The notes: generated by a model not told the origin, from the letters alone. DNA of 64,000 nt from an uncultured Nitrososphaeraceae archaeon (GCA_963765895.1 CAVXZB010000041.1:32001-96000); one strand, 5' to 3'. Shown: positions 1 to 13,118, counted from the first letter of the stretch. Translations and numbers: made by a program.

Positions 1-2433
1 TGGATTGATCCGTCGTTTAATTGGCCTTTGATATGAGTTACAATAGTACTACTCCGGTCTTTATGATATCTAGCAAAATATCCTAATGCGGACAAGGCTG
101 CTTGTCTAATTCGGTCATCATTATCTCTTTTACTCTTATCAATTAGTGTACTTTCAACAGTATCCATGGTTTCATTTTTTGAAGTCTCTAATGACACAAT
201 TTTTAGTCCCTCTATGCCACCTCTCGCAACAATATTCTTAAATGATTTTTTGTCCAAAAGAGATAACAATAATGGAATTGATTTTTCTTCACTTACGCTT
301 TTGGCTATTGCAACTGGCAGCGGCATATTGAACACTAGCACTTTCATTATCATTTTCTAGAATCTGTTTTAGTAGGCCAAATGAATCATCTTTAGAGAAC
401 GATCCCAATGCTTCAACTATGGATTCTTTTATTTTATTCTGATTGCTTTGGACGCTTTCGTAACATTGTTTTAAAGCTTCATATGATGCTTCACTTCGCA
501 CTGATCCGAGCGTTTTTGCAGCTTCAGCTCTTACTCCCCAAAACAGATTCTCCTGCGATATCACACTCCTTAATTTATTTACAAGTTCTGCTGTTGACTC
601 GCTACCAGCTAAAGCCCTTGCTGCACATATTTTTTCTATTATCGTTTCTCCATCAGTTAAACTATTTAATAAAATGGAATTACCAGCGTTCTGAACAGTC
701 AGATCTAATTTTTTTAGTAACTTAAAATATGGATCGATAGGAACTCTTTTAACAGATGCCCCATCGGGAATGTTGTACGTTTTTCCTACCTCCTTTTTAT
801 CTACGAATAAGGTATCTTCTGTTTTCTTTTCAGTACCATCGCTCATCTGAAATACTATCATAACATCAAGGGGAAACCTGAATTGATTAACCTGTGTTTG
901 TTGAACTTTAAGGTTTACTGCTGAATTAATTACTGAAACTGTGATATTCAATTCAGGATGTCCTCCTTGATACATCCATTGATCAAAGAACTCTTGTAAA
1001 CTTTTGCCAGAGCTTTGTTCAAAAATTTTTCTCATATCGTCAGTTTCTGCAGTCTTATTTTTGAATAAATCTAGGTATGTTTGTAGTGATTTTCTAAAAT
1101 CATCCTCTCCTAGTAGTGATCTCAGCATGTGTAAAATGCATGCGCCCTTTTGATAGGTACGAGGAGTACTAAACATATCAAGTGGATTTTCATAATTCTT
1201 ATAGACCAATGGTATTGTATGTACACCCTCTTCTGTACTAGTGAGATACCCGTCTGCATTAGTCAGCATATAAGAGATATATTCATCTTCTCCCAAAATA
1301 TCTTCATAATATAATGCCTCGCTATACGAAGCAAATCCTTCGTTAAGCCAAACGTGTTGCCAATCTCTACATGTCACTAGGTCACCAAACCACTGGTGAG
1401 CCAGCTCATGAACAACAACATAATCATATGTACTAGAATCTCGTGTTGTTTTCTCGTCAGGTAAATAGCGTGTTGTCAAAGTAGTACAAGATGTGTTTTC
1501 CATTCCGCCAAATGGAAATTCTTCAACAGTAACCTGGGAATATTTGTCATATGGATATTTTGTTCCAAAATATCTTTCAAAAAAGCTCATCATTTTTAAA
1601 GTATTTTTGAAAAGTCGGCGCCCCTCTTCGTCTCTATTGGGAGGAACATAATACAATAGTGGAACTCTACCATCATAGTTTTCTTCCGGAAGTTCTACAA
1701 ATTTTCCTATAACTACAGACGTAACATATGTAGCATCTGAATGTGGCTCATCCCATACATATTTCTTTTTTCTTCCTTGCTCATCTTCCTCATCTATAAT
1801 ATCCATATTCCCATTAGAGACTACAATAAACTTCGTTTTAGGATCTTCCATTTTTACAATAGTCTCCGGAACAGAAACTGATATTTGTCTAGGAAACTTA
1901 GCTTGGGGATTATCAATGCACGGGAACCATTTTTTAGATTCTGTAGGTTCGCCTTGTGTCCAACATTGAAATGCTATGTGATCATCATTTTCTATAAAGT
2001 TGAATCCCATGCCATCTGAACTATTGTCGTTTGCAGGAAGTATATTGCCATTAGTAGAATAATTGATTACTAAGGAGAACTTGGTACCTTCTTTGCTCTT
2101 TCCAATATCAATTACCAGTTTATCATTGTCTTGTTTGAACGATAATTGTTTATCACCCTGCTGGGATGCTGCGTCTGAATGGATAAGTGGTGAATGAATT
2201 TCTATCTTCCGTTTATCGTTATAAACACAGTCAAGTTCGATTTCTTCCAGATCCTGTAAAGTTGTTAGTTTCAATTGTTGTTTGCAATCTATCCTCTTTG
2301 TGTTGAAGTCTGGCTCAATCGAAAGCCACATATAATCGATATTGACGTAAGAAGACTGTGGATAATTTACTTCATTTTGTCCTCCCTGGCTACCAATAGT
2401 AGAGATTGGTCTTTCAGAAGAATGGTTTTTCAA
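1..2433 (-). CDS. M1 family aminopeptidase with C-terminal HEAT-like repeats; frameshift near 316; runs off the window start
   Basis: GGMEN exopeptidase motif, HELAHQWFG zinc motif, WLNEGFA and YQKG. After one extra base near 316 the frame continues (AIAKSVSEEKSIPLLLSLLDKKSFKNIVARGGIEGL...). Confidence 0.9.
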
Positions 2434-2765
2434 TTCTAGCTAATCATGATCATGCAACTTGATAAGCTTTTTCCACATAGATTTTTACCGCAATTATACT
2501 ATCGGAGGAATTCACATTAACGATATCATGAAATTAATCAATGTTCCATTTTTTGCAATTAGTGTCGTTATACTGTTTTTGTATAGTTTCATTGACAACA
2601 AGTGTTACCAGATTCTATCCAAAATATCTATTCAATATAAAGTGATGATTGCAATTTGGTCATGAGTATCCATCTCGCATTCGATAATCTTTGCCATTTT
2701 CTATAAATATTATGAAGAATTTTTTAATTGTGCTCTTCATGTGTAATATAAAAATAGCTATGTAA

Positions 2766-2783
2766 TTTTTCGGCTTCGAAAAA
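2766..2783. promoter_or_regulatory. Dispersed palindrome copy 1 (TTTTTCGGCTTCGAAAAA, 2 mismatches)
   Basis: Matches consensus TTTTTCGGCGCCGAAAAA. Lies 8 bp beyond the stop of the first parB-like gene and about 330 bp upstream of the aminopeptidase. Confidence 0.7.
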
Positions 2784-2791
2784 CTTTGCTT

Positions 2792-3666
2792 TCATATTCT
2801 GCTTTTGAACTTCATCTTTTCACTTATTAGAAGATCAATTTGCTTATGCAGCATTCTCTTGTGCTGCATTAAAATTTCGTAAAATATCCAATTTTCCTCT
2901 ATGTTTTCAATAACTTCTCCCAATCTCATCATAGCAACTTTTAATACGACAATGGATCTGTCAAACGACTTTAGAACTCTTTCTTGGTTTTTGGCAAAAT
3001 TTAATACATTTGTAAAATCATTTTCGGTATTTCGCATTTGATCACAACCTGCTGAGCTTTAATATGCATGCGTGTTTTTCTTAGAGATAAATGTTTATCC
3101 AATATCGTGCCAACGAGTTCTACCTGTTTCACAGGGTCTTTAATGGAACTTAGTTCTTCTGCAATACTAACTGGTATATCAGAATTAAGGATTGAATCAA
3201 TTACCTTGGAAGGCAAATCAAGTAATCCTATACGTTTCGTTATATAGCTAATACTTTTACCTATCTTTTTGGATAAATCAGTTATTCCTCCCCATCCGAA
3301 ATCTACTACATATTTTTTGAATGCCTGCGCCTCGTCGATGGGATCAAGACTTTTTCGTTGTATATTTTCTACTAGAGAAACCTCGAAAGCTTCCTTGTCG
3401 TCCAATTCTACAATATAGCATGTTATTTTTCTCCAACCTAATGATCTGCAGGCGTTATATCTTCTGTTACCGGCTACGATTTCAAAGTGCTCATCTTTCA
3501 CCCTTACTATAATTGGTTGCAAAAGCCCTTTTTGTTGTATGGACTTTGATAAGTCTAGCGTAGAGTCCATACTAGATCTACAGAAATATGATTGACGGAT
3601 ATGGAAAATATCTACGTCTTGTATTGAACCTGGCACGAGTTCAGAATGATATACTAATCTAGACAT
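2792..3666 (-). CDS. ParB/Spo0J-family protein (paralog 1), split by one frameshift near 3040-3060
   Basis: GLLQPIIVR, IVAGNRRY (CTPase GxRR box), ENIQRKSLDPIDEA and HTH GITDLSKKIGKSISYITKRI. ORF 2792-3037 supplies a C-terminus matching that of 51468-52358. Confidence 0.9.
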
Positions 3667-4029
3667 TCTTTATTATCTGGAATTTGGAATACAATAAACT
3701 TTATCATATTGAATTCTGTAAAAACATAGCAGTTACTAACTAATCATATTTTAGTATGAAATATCCTAGATTAGAAATGACCAACGTTTAACTACAGCAT
3801 CCTAGAATTGATCAATATGCCTCATGTACTGTATAACACGGATTCCCAATATTCAAGTACAAAGTGGAAAACGATACTTAGAGTTCTTCAGGTTGTGGTG
3901 GTGGTTCGATAAATTCTGGTCATTTAAGGCATTAATCCATTATCGACCATTTCTACATCAGGATTTAGAAAAGATGAACTATCTGTCTGAGATAAGAATA
4001 TCGACCTAAATAAGTTATAATTTATAGTT

Positions 4030-4977
4030 GGCTATGTAGAAAACATCATCAATATTACAAGATTAGTCAGTCTATGCATATTGTAGGTGATACATCTAAA
4101 TGATAACTCTCTGTTCTGCATTCTAGTCAATCTAGACATAAGATTCTCTCCAAATAGTCGTTTTATAACTGATATTATGGTTTCATCTTTGTTTCGTTGA
4201 TTGTACAGCAATTTGGAGTAACCACGCTTCATCTGCTTTCTGTACTTACCATGTGTTCTCCACATCGGTACATGTTCATATCGAGCAGGAATAATACTGA
4301 ATGCATGTAAGTCCTCTCTTACGAGAAGGTGATTATCTTCACTATCGTAACCCTTATCAGCTGTAACTACGGATAATGGAAGAATATTTGATGTCCTTGT
4401 TACAATTGGCCTGAAATCTACATTATCATGCCTTGTTGGAGCTCGTCTTATCTTAATTGTACATATGATTTGTTGTAATACATCTACTCCAATAGATAAT
4501 TTCGCATATTTTCTTCTCAATTCTGTTCGATCAGTATAATATTGTGATGCATGAGTTATCTTAAATCCTGTTGAATCTATTCCTGCAAAGATATGCTTGG
4601 TACCACTAATTACAATGAATGACGAAATTATCTTTTCAAGCAATGAATTATTAATTCTATCTGTAAACTTTTGCAATGTTGTAAAATGAGGAATACGTGA
4701 CAACCGTAGAAATGACCTTAGGTAATAGGCTTCAATTAACCACTCGACAAACATTCTATAACTCTTACCTTCATACTGTCGTATAGCAACTAGAACTATG
4801 TGCTGCCATATTGTAAATATGTGATTACTTTTCCTGTTAGAAAATAGAGGAATCCTTGCATGCTTCAAAACACGGAACATAGTACCTGCAAGTCTGACGT
4901 ACATTGATTCTTTCAATAGACTATTGGTATTATACTCTTACAAAGCTTTGACTGTATGAGATGGTTTCTACACAGCC
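4030..4977 (-). mobile_element. IS5 family (ISH1-like) element, intact, 948 bp
   Basis: Terminal inverted repeats GGCT(A/G)TGTAGAAA. 8-bp target duplication TTATAGTT at 4022-4029 and 4978-4985. Confidence 0.93.
4032..4916 (-). CDS. IS5-family DDE transposase, 294 aa
   Basis: IDSTG, ADKGYDS and YNQRNKDETIISVIKR DDE motifs. Confidence 0.93.
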   Translation of the reverse strand: MKESMYVRLAGTMFRVLKHARIPLFSNRKSNHIFTIWQHIVLVAIRQYEGKSYRMFVEWLIEAYYLRSFLRLSRIPHFTTLQKFTDRINNSLLEKIISSFIVISGTKHIFAGIDSTGFKITHASQYYTDRTELRRKYAKLSIGVDVLQQIICTIKIRRAPTRHDNVDFRPIVTRTSNILPLSVVTADKGYDSEDNHLLVREDLHAFSIIPARYEHVPMWRTHGKYRKQMKRGYSKLLYNQRNKDETIISVIKRLFGENLMSRLTRMQNRELSFRCITYNMHRLTNLVILMMFST

Positions 4978-5322
4978 TTATAGTTATATTAATTTATTAA
5001 TTAATCACTCATCTGTGCTATAACGAAACAGATTTTTATTTTAGATTCTACACTACATAAGTTACCATTTAAGTGTTAGAAATATAGCAATGAGGTAACG
5101 AATTAATGGGGACTTATCAGTATTTTGCTTGTATGTCGACTTTAAAATACTTCAAACTGCTAAGAATTCCAAATCAATCAATCATAGTATAAACTCATAA
5201 AACTGGTTTGTATCAGTTGTTCTGAAATTTGATGTGTGGTACTCCAATTGTATATACTTAGCGGGCAGGGAACAAGTCTGTTAATGCTGCCTGAAAATAA
5301 ATACCACTCCTCTGATTCTATA

Positions 5323-6120
5323 TTAACTATAAGAAGAAATTGTGGCTTGTTTATCTACAATTTTATCCTTTTGCAATGAATGATAGAATGAACCAGCTTC
5401 TAGGGCAAGAGAGTGTGGATATTCTTCTAGCGACATCTTTTCTGCTTTATCTTGTTTTGCTGCTTTACATTTAAAGGTGAATTCTACAATGAGTGGCTTG
5501 TCTTCTTTAGTCGATGAATACCACAGGTTAAGCTCAGGCTCGATCTCAGTAGCATCATCTGAAAAAGCGATTTTTCCAATCTTGCTTGATATTTCTACTA
5601 CTTCAAAATTATTTACTTTGCTGAGCATCTTACCAGTTTCAATCCCTAGATCAAGTCCAGGAAATACAGATAAAACATCTTGCATAGTATTAAAGCGTGG
5701 TGTTTGTTTACCCTTCAGAGAGGCTGAAAGTGAAAACTTGCTGATGAACGGGATAATTATATCTTCTTCGAACTTAATATCGATACCTTCAACAGAACTC
5801 GCAAGATCATATGAAGCAGAGACATATCGATCTGAGTGTCTACACTTCAGTGCGACATCATATTCCTCTGAATTCTTCTCCTTTCTTATTCTGAGCAGAA
5901 AATTATTATTACAGTAGAGTTCATATGCATTGGTATCCACGTACCATGTTGTTCTCTCTTTTTCTTTAATGTCATCCATAAATCTTCCATTCTGTTTTTC
6001 AATTAATCCCTTAATGATGGCTGAGAGTTCTTGTATTCCTTTCTTTTTATCCATGAACCTGTTTCTATCCAATATAATCTTAAATTCACGAGAGGTTAAA
6101 GGGCGATTGGAATGAGGCAA
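5323..6120 (-). CDS. Hypothetical protein, possibly CYTH-like (triphosphate tunnel) fold
   Basis: N-terminal REFK, WYVDT..YEL....LLRIR, LK.R and VEFTFK patterns resemble CYTH motifs. Confidence 0.45.
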   Translation of the reverse strand: MPHSNRPLTSREFKIILDRNRFMDKKKGIQELSAIIKGLIEKQNGRFMDDIKEKERTTWYVDTNAYELYCNNNFLLRIRKEKNSEEYDVALKCRHSDRYVSASYDLASSVEGIDIKFEEDIIIPFISKFSLSASLKGKQTPRFNTMQDVLSVFPGLDLGIETGKMLSKVNNFEVVEISSKIGKIAFSDDATEIEPELNLWYSSTKEDKPLIVEFTFKCKAAKQDKAEKMSLEEYPHSLALEAGSFYHSLQKDKIVDKQATISSYS

Positions 6121-6624
6121 GCCTAAATATTAACACCTAGGGGTAGTTAAACTCACTGTATATAAATTTACTCGTATCAACCGTTCCCTATACCTGACCG
6201 TTCCAGTCCCAATATTAATTATGTTACCATTAATTAGATATCATCATCTACAAATAGCCAGTCTATTGACTGTTGAGATTAGTCCAGTTGCACTTGGTTT
6301 GTCTATCAAAAGGCGTAGTGCGGGTGTTTATAGACTTAACTACATGGATAGTGATGCCGAAAATCTTAAATTTGCTTCTATAAGAAATATGCATTAGACT
6401 GAGCATTCGCTGCTTTTAGGCTGTATTTGTGCACATCAGCCAAGCATATTCAGAATTTCCTATTCAGGAGTACATAGAATAATCTACTTAACAACGTTGT
6501 TGTTGTAATGTTAATACTGCGGTGTACAGATGAAGCATGTTTTTAGCATGGTTTTTCATATAGTATTAAGGTACAGTGATTGCTAGACGCAAAACCGATT
6601 ATATGAGCGCATAACCTCTTGGAG

Positions 6625-6641
6625 TTTTCGGCGCCGAAAAA
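6625..6641. promoter_or_regulatory. Dispersed palindrome copy 2 (TTTTCGGCGCCGAAAAA)
   Basis: Exact 16-bp palindrome, intergenic. Confidence 0.85.
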
Positions 6642-7866
6642 CTTCAGACCATTCACCGAGTATTGTTACAAGTTAGATTTAGCCACTGAATCTCCAGCAA
6701 TTCTTAACTGAACCTTCACAGTATTGTCATAGTAGTTGTCTTTTTCTATGGACTTTTGCCTTTAGTTGTCTTTACCGCTTTAACGAATCGAACGTTCTCA
6801 GTAGCTTCTAAAGCGTAGTTGCCATCTTGAACATTATCTATTATGAGGAATTGGCAAGGTGGGCCTTCAGTATACGGTCCACATTACCCGCAGCAATTCC
6901 ATGATATTCGCAATCGATAAATCTAACATCTGCTGACTACCAGCCCAGAAGGCAAAAGAATTATTTTTAAGACTGTAGGCGTAAAATTTGTCTTTAAATG
7001 CCATCCAGTGGCGAATACATTAGAACGTTCGAAAATATCTGGCTGGTCTTAGTCTTCCTATTACTAGGTCTTCGCTACCTCCGTTGTGGCAGTAAGGATC
7101 AAATCTCATAATTCGATGTTGTCCCCTCGGTGCGCAGCCAAGCTTGACGCTTTCATTTTCGCTGAAAGTTTTCATGCTGATTTCTGGAGTTACCTACTTT
7201 GACTACTAGATTCACACTCATTTGTCCTCAGATGTTGATCTTGGATAAAGATGTTGACAGCTCCAAAAACATATTAAGATAGTTAGAATACAACAAGATG
7301 ATCAGGGTGCTGCATTATTACATCATTATTGACTTATATTGGTGATGTTGTTGATTTAGATTGTTAGATACTTCATTCTGATTCATATGTCATTAACCTC
7401 TGATTTTGTGATTGATTAGTATATAAAATAGTATGTTTTAATGTATGATTCTCTATTAGAACCACAACAAAAATATTTAATTACTAAGATTCTTAAAAAT
7501 TGTGGTCAGTTTTTAGCAGTATCGAGTAACACTAGTAGTACTCAATAGAACGTTATTTAATACAAATTATAGTCGTAACTGGATGAATTTTCGTATAGCT
7601 TTACTCTCTTATATCCTGCTGGTATATGTCTGTAGCCTGATAGATGATTCCCTACTTTTGGAACACCAATTAAACTCGATTTTCATCAGACTTTTTGAAT
7701 GGCCCTTCTATGTACATGCTTATGACTTGGATTTGGCCTTTGATGTATCATTTCTACCAATATTCCATCATCCATTTCTGGAATTTCGCGTTGACAGAAG
7801 TAACCCTACTTAAATATGGTTTGTCTAATTGAGTGCATACAGTATCTGTTCAAATCGAAGTAATTA

Positions 7867-8502
7867 TCAATTTACAGCCAATCTAGTTTGATAAATTGAC
7901 ACTACACCATTATTAAAAATCTTATATAGAGATAGAATATAACTTTCGCCAGCCTTCATATGATTATTCAAGATGAAGTCATCGCTACCATCTACATTTA
8001 TACGATTCGGAACTACTATGGATTCATTTCCTAAATGATGAATGTCAAAATTTCCATGTTTGTCTTGCTTTAGTATAGTCATAACTGTTACAATATTTTT
8101 GACTTCAATACTTTTATTTCCTATAAAAGGGGTGGTAGGAATGTGAAATGACATTCCTTTTCGGAGACTTACTCCTTCATTAATCAATGGAAAACTAAAA
8201 TCTGGGTTTTCAATTATAGTCTTGTTAACTATTACACCTTTAAATCCTAGGTTTGTGAAACCATCGTCTCCATATGTTAGATATGCTTGAGGGAGATTCA
8301 AAATCAATAACGGTTGACTGTTTTGATAATCAGTCTTGTTTCCCTGAATAAGCGATGGTGCTAATAATCTAAAATCTTTTCCTACTATAAGGGATGGCAC
8401 ATAAAGAATAGATATTATTGTTATTGTCAAAATTATTGAAGTAGATTTTTTTGTAATTCGACTCATACTTAATATATTATAAGCTATATTCGGTTTAGTC
8501 AT
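7867..8502 (-). CDS. Hypothetical membrane-anchored or secreted protein
   Basis: 211-aa ORF with an N-terminal hydrophobic stretch. Confidence 0.6.
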   Translation of the reverse strand: MTKPNIAYNILSMSRITKKSTSIILTITIISILYVPSLIVGKDFRLLAPSLIQGNKTDYQNSQPLLILNLPQAYLTYGDDGFTNLGFKGVIVNKTIIENPDFSFPLINEGVSLRKGMSFHIPTTPFIGNKSIEVKNIVTVMTILKQDKHGNFDIHHLGNESIVVPNRINVDGSDDFILNNHMKAGESYILSLYKIFNNGVVSIYQTRLAVN

Positions 8503-9269
8503 ATATTTGGATAGATAAGCTCTTGTACTGCATATATAGTTACAATAGATGGTGATGGCTATGGCGATTGTGACAACGTATCAGCACTTTCTGCAGCTAT
8601 TTTGAAGGCCGGGCGACTTGACTCAGAGGTGATAGTAGGTGAATTCTTTTAGGCAGTTGTTTTGAGTTTCGCCCTCATGGATCTGTGGGATTCCTCTATC
8701 TGAACCACCCCATGATCTATCCGTCTTTCAGTTAACTGAAACCAACTACTCGCAATACATAGATTATAATTTCAAGAGATACTATCTAGTAGGCGCTACG
8801 TATATTAATGATTTGCCTGCCCTGCAGTTGATTATAGTTGTTACGCTGCTCCAGATTCCCTTTCGTAGGCGAGAATTCATAGCGCATGAAGATCCAAAAG
8901 ATAGCGCTAGTAGTTGAAAAGCATGATGCGCACGGCAGGATATATCTACAGCCAACGCTAACAATAACCGAGTGGATTATATATTGTAATGTCAGAAGAG
9001 TTTGATTATTTTTACCATCATAATAAGCGGAAGTTATCCTTAATGCATGTGAAAATATTATTTGCATATATAATGATATTGGCTATATTATATGGCTATA
9101 TTATATGGCCAGAGAATCCCAAGTTTTACTCTATTCTGACTAGTCTATTTTGATGCCAACAAAGGATCGATACGTATCACTTGCTGAATTACTTGGTTAT
9201 GATGTATCTCCATAATCGAGAAATGTCTTTTCCCAACGTCGATAGCCGCTTTAGTAGCGATGAAAAGGC

Positions 9270-10058
9270 CTATTTAAATGCAGTAATATCTGATTTGAAG
9301 ATACTTTGTAAGAGATTATTTTTATGGTCTTCTATATCTTTATTTAGGATAGATATACTTCTCATGTACTCATTGATATTAGTTTGATTATAATAAAAAA
9401 GTGCGTCCCAGTCTATGCTCTTATTGTCTCTTATAGGAAAGTATTTTTGATCCTTTTTCCACCCTGCAAAATTCTGTGGATTTAGTATGTGAATATAAAA
9501 TTGATTACAGTGATATTTGTTTAGAACGTTTCTGTCTATATTTATAGGATTGTCTTGTGAATAAGACGTATATACTTTCAATATATGTGCTAATCTGTTG
9601 CATACGTCATAATAATATGTAGTATAGTTTTGTTGTGGAAACTTATAACCTGCTATATAGTAGGAATATTCTTCAGCAGCAGATGATAAGTTATCCCAAT
9701 TCTGTCTAATACTATCATCAGAAAAGTACGCTTCAATTTTTGAGCCAATCATTTCCTTAGATATTTGCCAGCTTCTGAAAGAATCGTCAAAATCTTTTTC
9801 ATTAAACCTATCTACTAATCTAGTTGACACTACAGAATCAGATACAGCTTTATTTATGTCGTCAGCTAATGCTGTTTTAAGCTCTAGTTGCTTTTCATTA
9901 TCTTGCCACTGGCGGGTGAAATTTGGGATTATTATACTGGATACTATTGCGCCTACCATGAGCAATAGAAAAGGATGAGACATTATCTTCCTGAAATCCT
10001 CATTATTAAGACGCTTGAGCTGATTTGATAAATATCTGAATTTTGCCTTGATTTCCAT
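9270..10058 (-). CDS. Hypothetical single-TM protein
   Basis: 262-aa ORF with hydrophobic segment PFLLLMVGAIVSSIIIP. TATA-like TTTATAAAT lies upstream. Confidence 0.65.
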   Translation of the reverse strand: MEIKAKFRYLSNQLKRLNNEDFRKIMSHPFLLLMVGAIVSSIIIPNFTRQWQDNEKQLELKTALADDINKAVSDSVVSTRLVDRFNEKDFDDSFRSWQISKEMIGSKIEAYFSDDSIRQNWDNLSSAAEEYSYYIAGYKFPQQNYTTYYYDVCNRLAHILKVYTSYSQDNPINIDRNVLNKYHCNQFYIHILNPQNFAGWKKDQKYFPIRDNKSIDWDALFYYNQTNINEYMRSISILNKDIEDHKNNLLQSIFKSDITAFK

Positions 10059-10334
10059 ATTACCTTAATGCTATCAATAACTAGATCTAGATTTATAAAA
10101 TGATTCTCTGTATTAGCATATCATTAAGCAAATGTTTCTGAATCAACCAACATATCAATTTGTATATTTCATTAAGAGAAATTTTAAAAGTAGACTGAGA
10201 GTATTTGTGAAAATAAAAGTAGCTTATTTTGGATTCGAATAAAAGATTTCTGAATGAGATCATAATTTTTGCTGCTTATGATAACACTATATCATCTTAA
10301 TGCCCCCCTGTCCTAACTTATCGATAGCTTCTGA

Positions 10335-10500
10335 TGTGGACAACAGGAATTGGCTATATATCATACTTGTAGCCTGATTAACACCTATAGCTGAGGGCTG
10401 ATTTCCAACTTTGATATCATCTCTTATCTTAGTTCTAATTCTTTCATCGATTACAGAGACAGAATCATTACCAAGATTCCTAACATTGACTATATTTCTA
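10335..10500 (-). pseudogene. Remnant of a YVTN-type beta-propeller repeat
   Basis: Minus-strand translation gives GNDSVSVIDE...IKVGNQPSAIGVNQATSMIYIAN. Boundaries are approximate. Confidence 0.65.
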
Positions 10501-10699
10501 GTCTTATGCCAGGCCTTTTAATGATTAGTGAAAATAAAGAATAGATAAAAGTGAAGGTCATCGTTGGCTTGCTCATTGACTTAAGAGCCCGACTGCAAGA
10601 GTTGGACAGCAACTGAACAGATCACTCTTGATCATTCAATGGCTTGAAGAAGAGAAGTAGCCGCTGTGAAATTACATATGGTATTATGGAATCCCTTGA

Positions 10700-11195
10700 G
10701 CTGAGCTTCTTTCAGTTAGGTGTTCCCCCACCTGAAACAGCATCATATCAGGGACCGGCGTGATAGCCTTCAAGACTGTCCGTGTTATTATTTCCAGACT
10801 GAATGTCTCTACAGGCAACCGCATCTGCGGTCATGTTACTAGCGCCACTAGTTTGATAGAGGATTGTTATCAAGTAGCCAACACGTTTACCGGCAGGACG
10901 TTTTGCGTTAATTAGGGTTAAAAGACCGGCCACAAGAGGACTTGCCGCACTCGTTCCACCATTGGGCTCAGACTGCCCATTGACAACAAGTAGATAGGGT
11001 GAGGCTGTCCAGTATGCATTACTGTGAGATCAGAAAGACATCGCCCGATGATTACAGCAGGGGTTGATGGAACTAATGTTCACGTTCTTCTACCCGACTT
11101 GCCTTGGGAAGACCGCACTCACACCGCTGCCTGAGCTGCCATCATCCAGTCTTACGCCGTCACCTTCAATCCATACAATTTCGTCATGTGTCCTC
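10700..11195 (-). pseudogene. C-terminal remnant of an S53 (sedolisin/kumamolisin) peptidase
   Basis: GSGVSAVFPR, NGGTSAASPLVAGLLTLIN (catalytic Ser motif), RDIQSGNN and GP*YDAVSGGGTP, with internal stops. Boundaries are approximate. Confidence 0.8.
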
Positions 11196-11431
11196 ATCTA
11201 GGTTCCAAGAGATCAAGAGAAGACAAGACATAAAATAGTATAAATATATCATCCAATATTTGGCAATTTAGTTGGAATATTGAAATCAATTAAATTACAA
11301 AAATCAATTCATGGTAATTTATTTTCATATTCTGGTCCATCGATATTACCAGGAAAGTAATCCCTAAAGGGTAGTTGAATCGAAGCGCTAATCCTAAATC
11401 TAAAGAGGCAGATGGCTATCCATTAATTGGC

Positions 11432-12228
11432 TTAGTTTAGCGGATCGCCTCTTCCAAAACCTATATCGCGGGCACGCTGAAGTATTGGATAAATGTCGGT
11501 TGTGTAAGATGTAGTAGTAGGTGATGTTAGCAGTCCGCCGTCAACCATTGCCTGAAAGATGCGATCATAAAGAGTAATGGCACTTTGTTGATGGGGAGCA
11601 TATTTTGTGGGAGCTACGATAACCCAGGCACCATCCACAGAAGGGGCAGATCCATCACTTCGCAGCTTGATGATAGCTGTTACTGGACCATCTGCTACAT
11701 CGTCATACCAATCCTCCCTCGCTCAAAAATAACCGTCAAGAGCAGTACCTGCCGGCGAAGCAGATTTGCCAAAACCACCAAGGACCAATAAATGGTTATC
11801 ATTATCAGTTCTTATCTCACCTAAGGGAATCTTGATTACTGGTGCACCAGAAAACCTAATCTCTCCAGTGTCAAAGAGACCGATCTGATCCGGACCATTA
11901 AGTGTTAGGGGACCGGGGTCAATTGTAGGATCACTTGTTGACTCGGTGTTGCCGCGTCCAGGATGTGCTCGCCTTGCTATTGACAAGATGGAGAGTCCAG
12001 GATATTTCAGCTTCAGCATTGCTGATCTCAGTTGCTGTTCCATCATCATGATGTGCAAAGATATGAAACCGCGCCGCCTAGCGCTTAACCCGGCACTGAC
12101 TGTCTTTGAATCCTCCCAGGGGCATTGGTTCTTCTCCTAATTTTTCAGGTCCTATAAAGAAATCCTCAGGACTATTTCCTACACGGGGCAATGCTTATTG
12201 CTGGGTGAATTTTGTATATAGTCACCAT
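11432..12228 (-). pseudogene. LodA/GoxA-family CTQ-dependent oxidase, N-terminal third only, decayed
   Basis: YKIHPAISIA/RVGNSPEDFFIGPE, VKR*AARFHIF, LGEIRTD...LLVLGGFGKS, WYDDVADGPV, AWVIVAPTKYAP and ITLYD. Contains a stop and frameshifts, and is truncated. Confidence 0.88.
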
Positions 12229-13118
12229 AATTAGACAGACATTGGTAAGATAAGTCATTCTTAAGGCTTTCCGAGCACCTTCTGTCTTCGATTAGCCATA
12301 CTTGGCAAATCAGTTACTAAACATATTTTGTCTGATTCAAGACTTGATAATAACAAAGAACAAAGTCAAAGCAAATTGGTTTAAAATTTTAGTTAATTAA
12401 CTCCAATACTATGAATCTAGCGTGTAGGATAAAAACACCTGGACTTTTCAAACTCATCTTTTCTTAACTTAGTGCTATACTTTCTTATCATTCAAACAAC
12501 GATTATTGGCTATGGTTTCTGACCATTCTTTTATGCATTCTATAATTATTATTATCATGATTTTCGTGGCTGATCTTCTTGTAACCCATAAGTCATTCTC
12601 CGAAAAGATTAACTCATCTATTCTCTGCAATAATTGTGCATCTGATTTTGATTGCTTGTCATTAGGATGAGCAAACGTACTACCCTTATATTTCGTATTA
12701 TCATATCTCCAACAAAATAGCTAAGATCCAGATATTCCTGGATCAAGGGTTAAATAGTTCGATATAGTCTAGATTGTATAATAATTAGAAAAAACAGGTT
12801 TTCATCATAATATGACAATCAATTAGAGAGTATTTTAAGGATGTCAGTATACAATATAACGCCCAAAAATTAGTCCGCGTATAGGAGTTATAATACTCAT
12901 AGATATAACCAAATATAATATCACACTATTTCTTTCAAGTTTGGTACCAAAATATTATGATATGAAATTTGTCGCTGACTCATGCCTTTAAGTAAAGGTG
13001 ATTGTAAAAAAAACTTGGCTATGATATATAGAGCAGAATGAGTGGTCTTGAGTAGCTATTGCTATCTCTTTAGGGATATCGACAGAGGAATTATCGTTTG
13101 GTCAAACTATATATGGTA

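Noticed and set aside
5477-5917. Antisense ORFs such as 5477-5917, 13422-13898, 21107-21394, 31743-32012 and 34306-34725
   Set aside because: They are shadows of better-supported genes on the opposite strand and have no recognisable motifs.
6351-6364. Half-site GATGCCGAAAAT near palindrome copy 2
   Set aside because: Only one arm matches, which is compatible with chance.
6625-6641. Palindrome as an intrinsic terminator
   Set aside because: It has no loop (it is a perfect dyad) and most copies lie on the promoter side of genes rather than just after stops. Only copy 1 closely follows a stop.
9080-9108. 13-bp tandem duplication TGGCTATATTATA x2
   Set aside because: Only two units in AT-rich DNA, probably slippage with no evident function.
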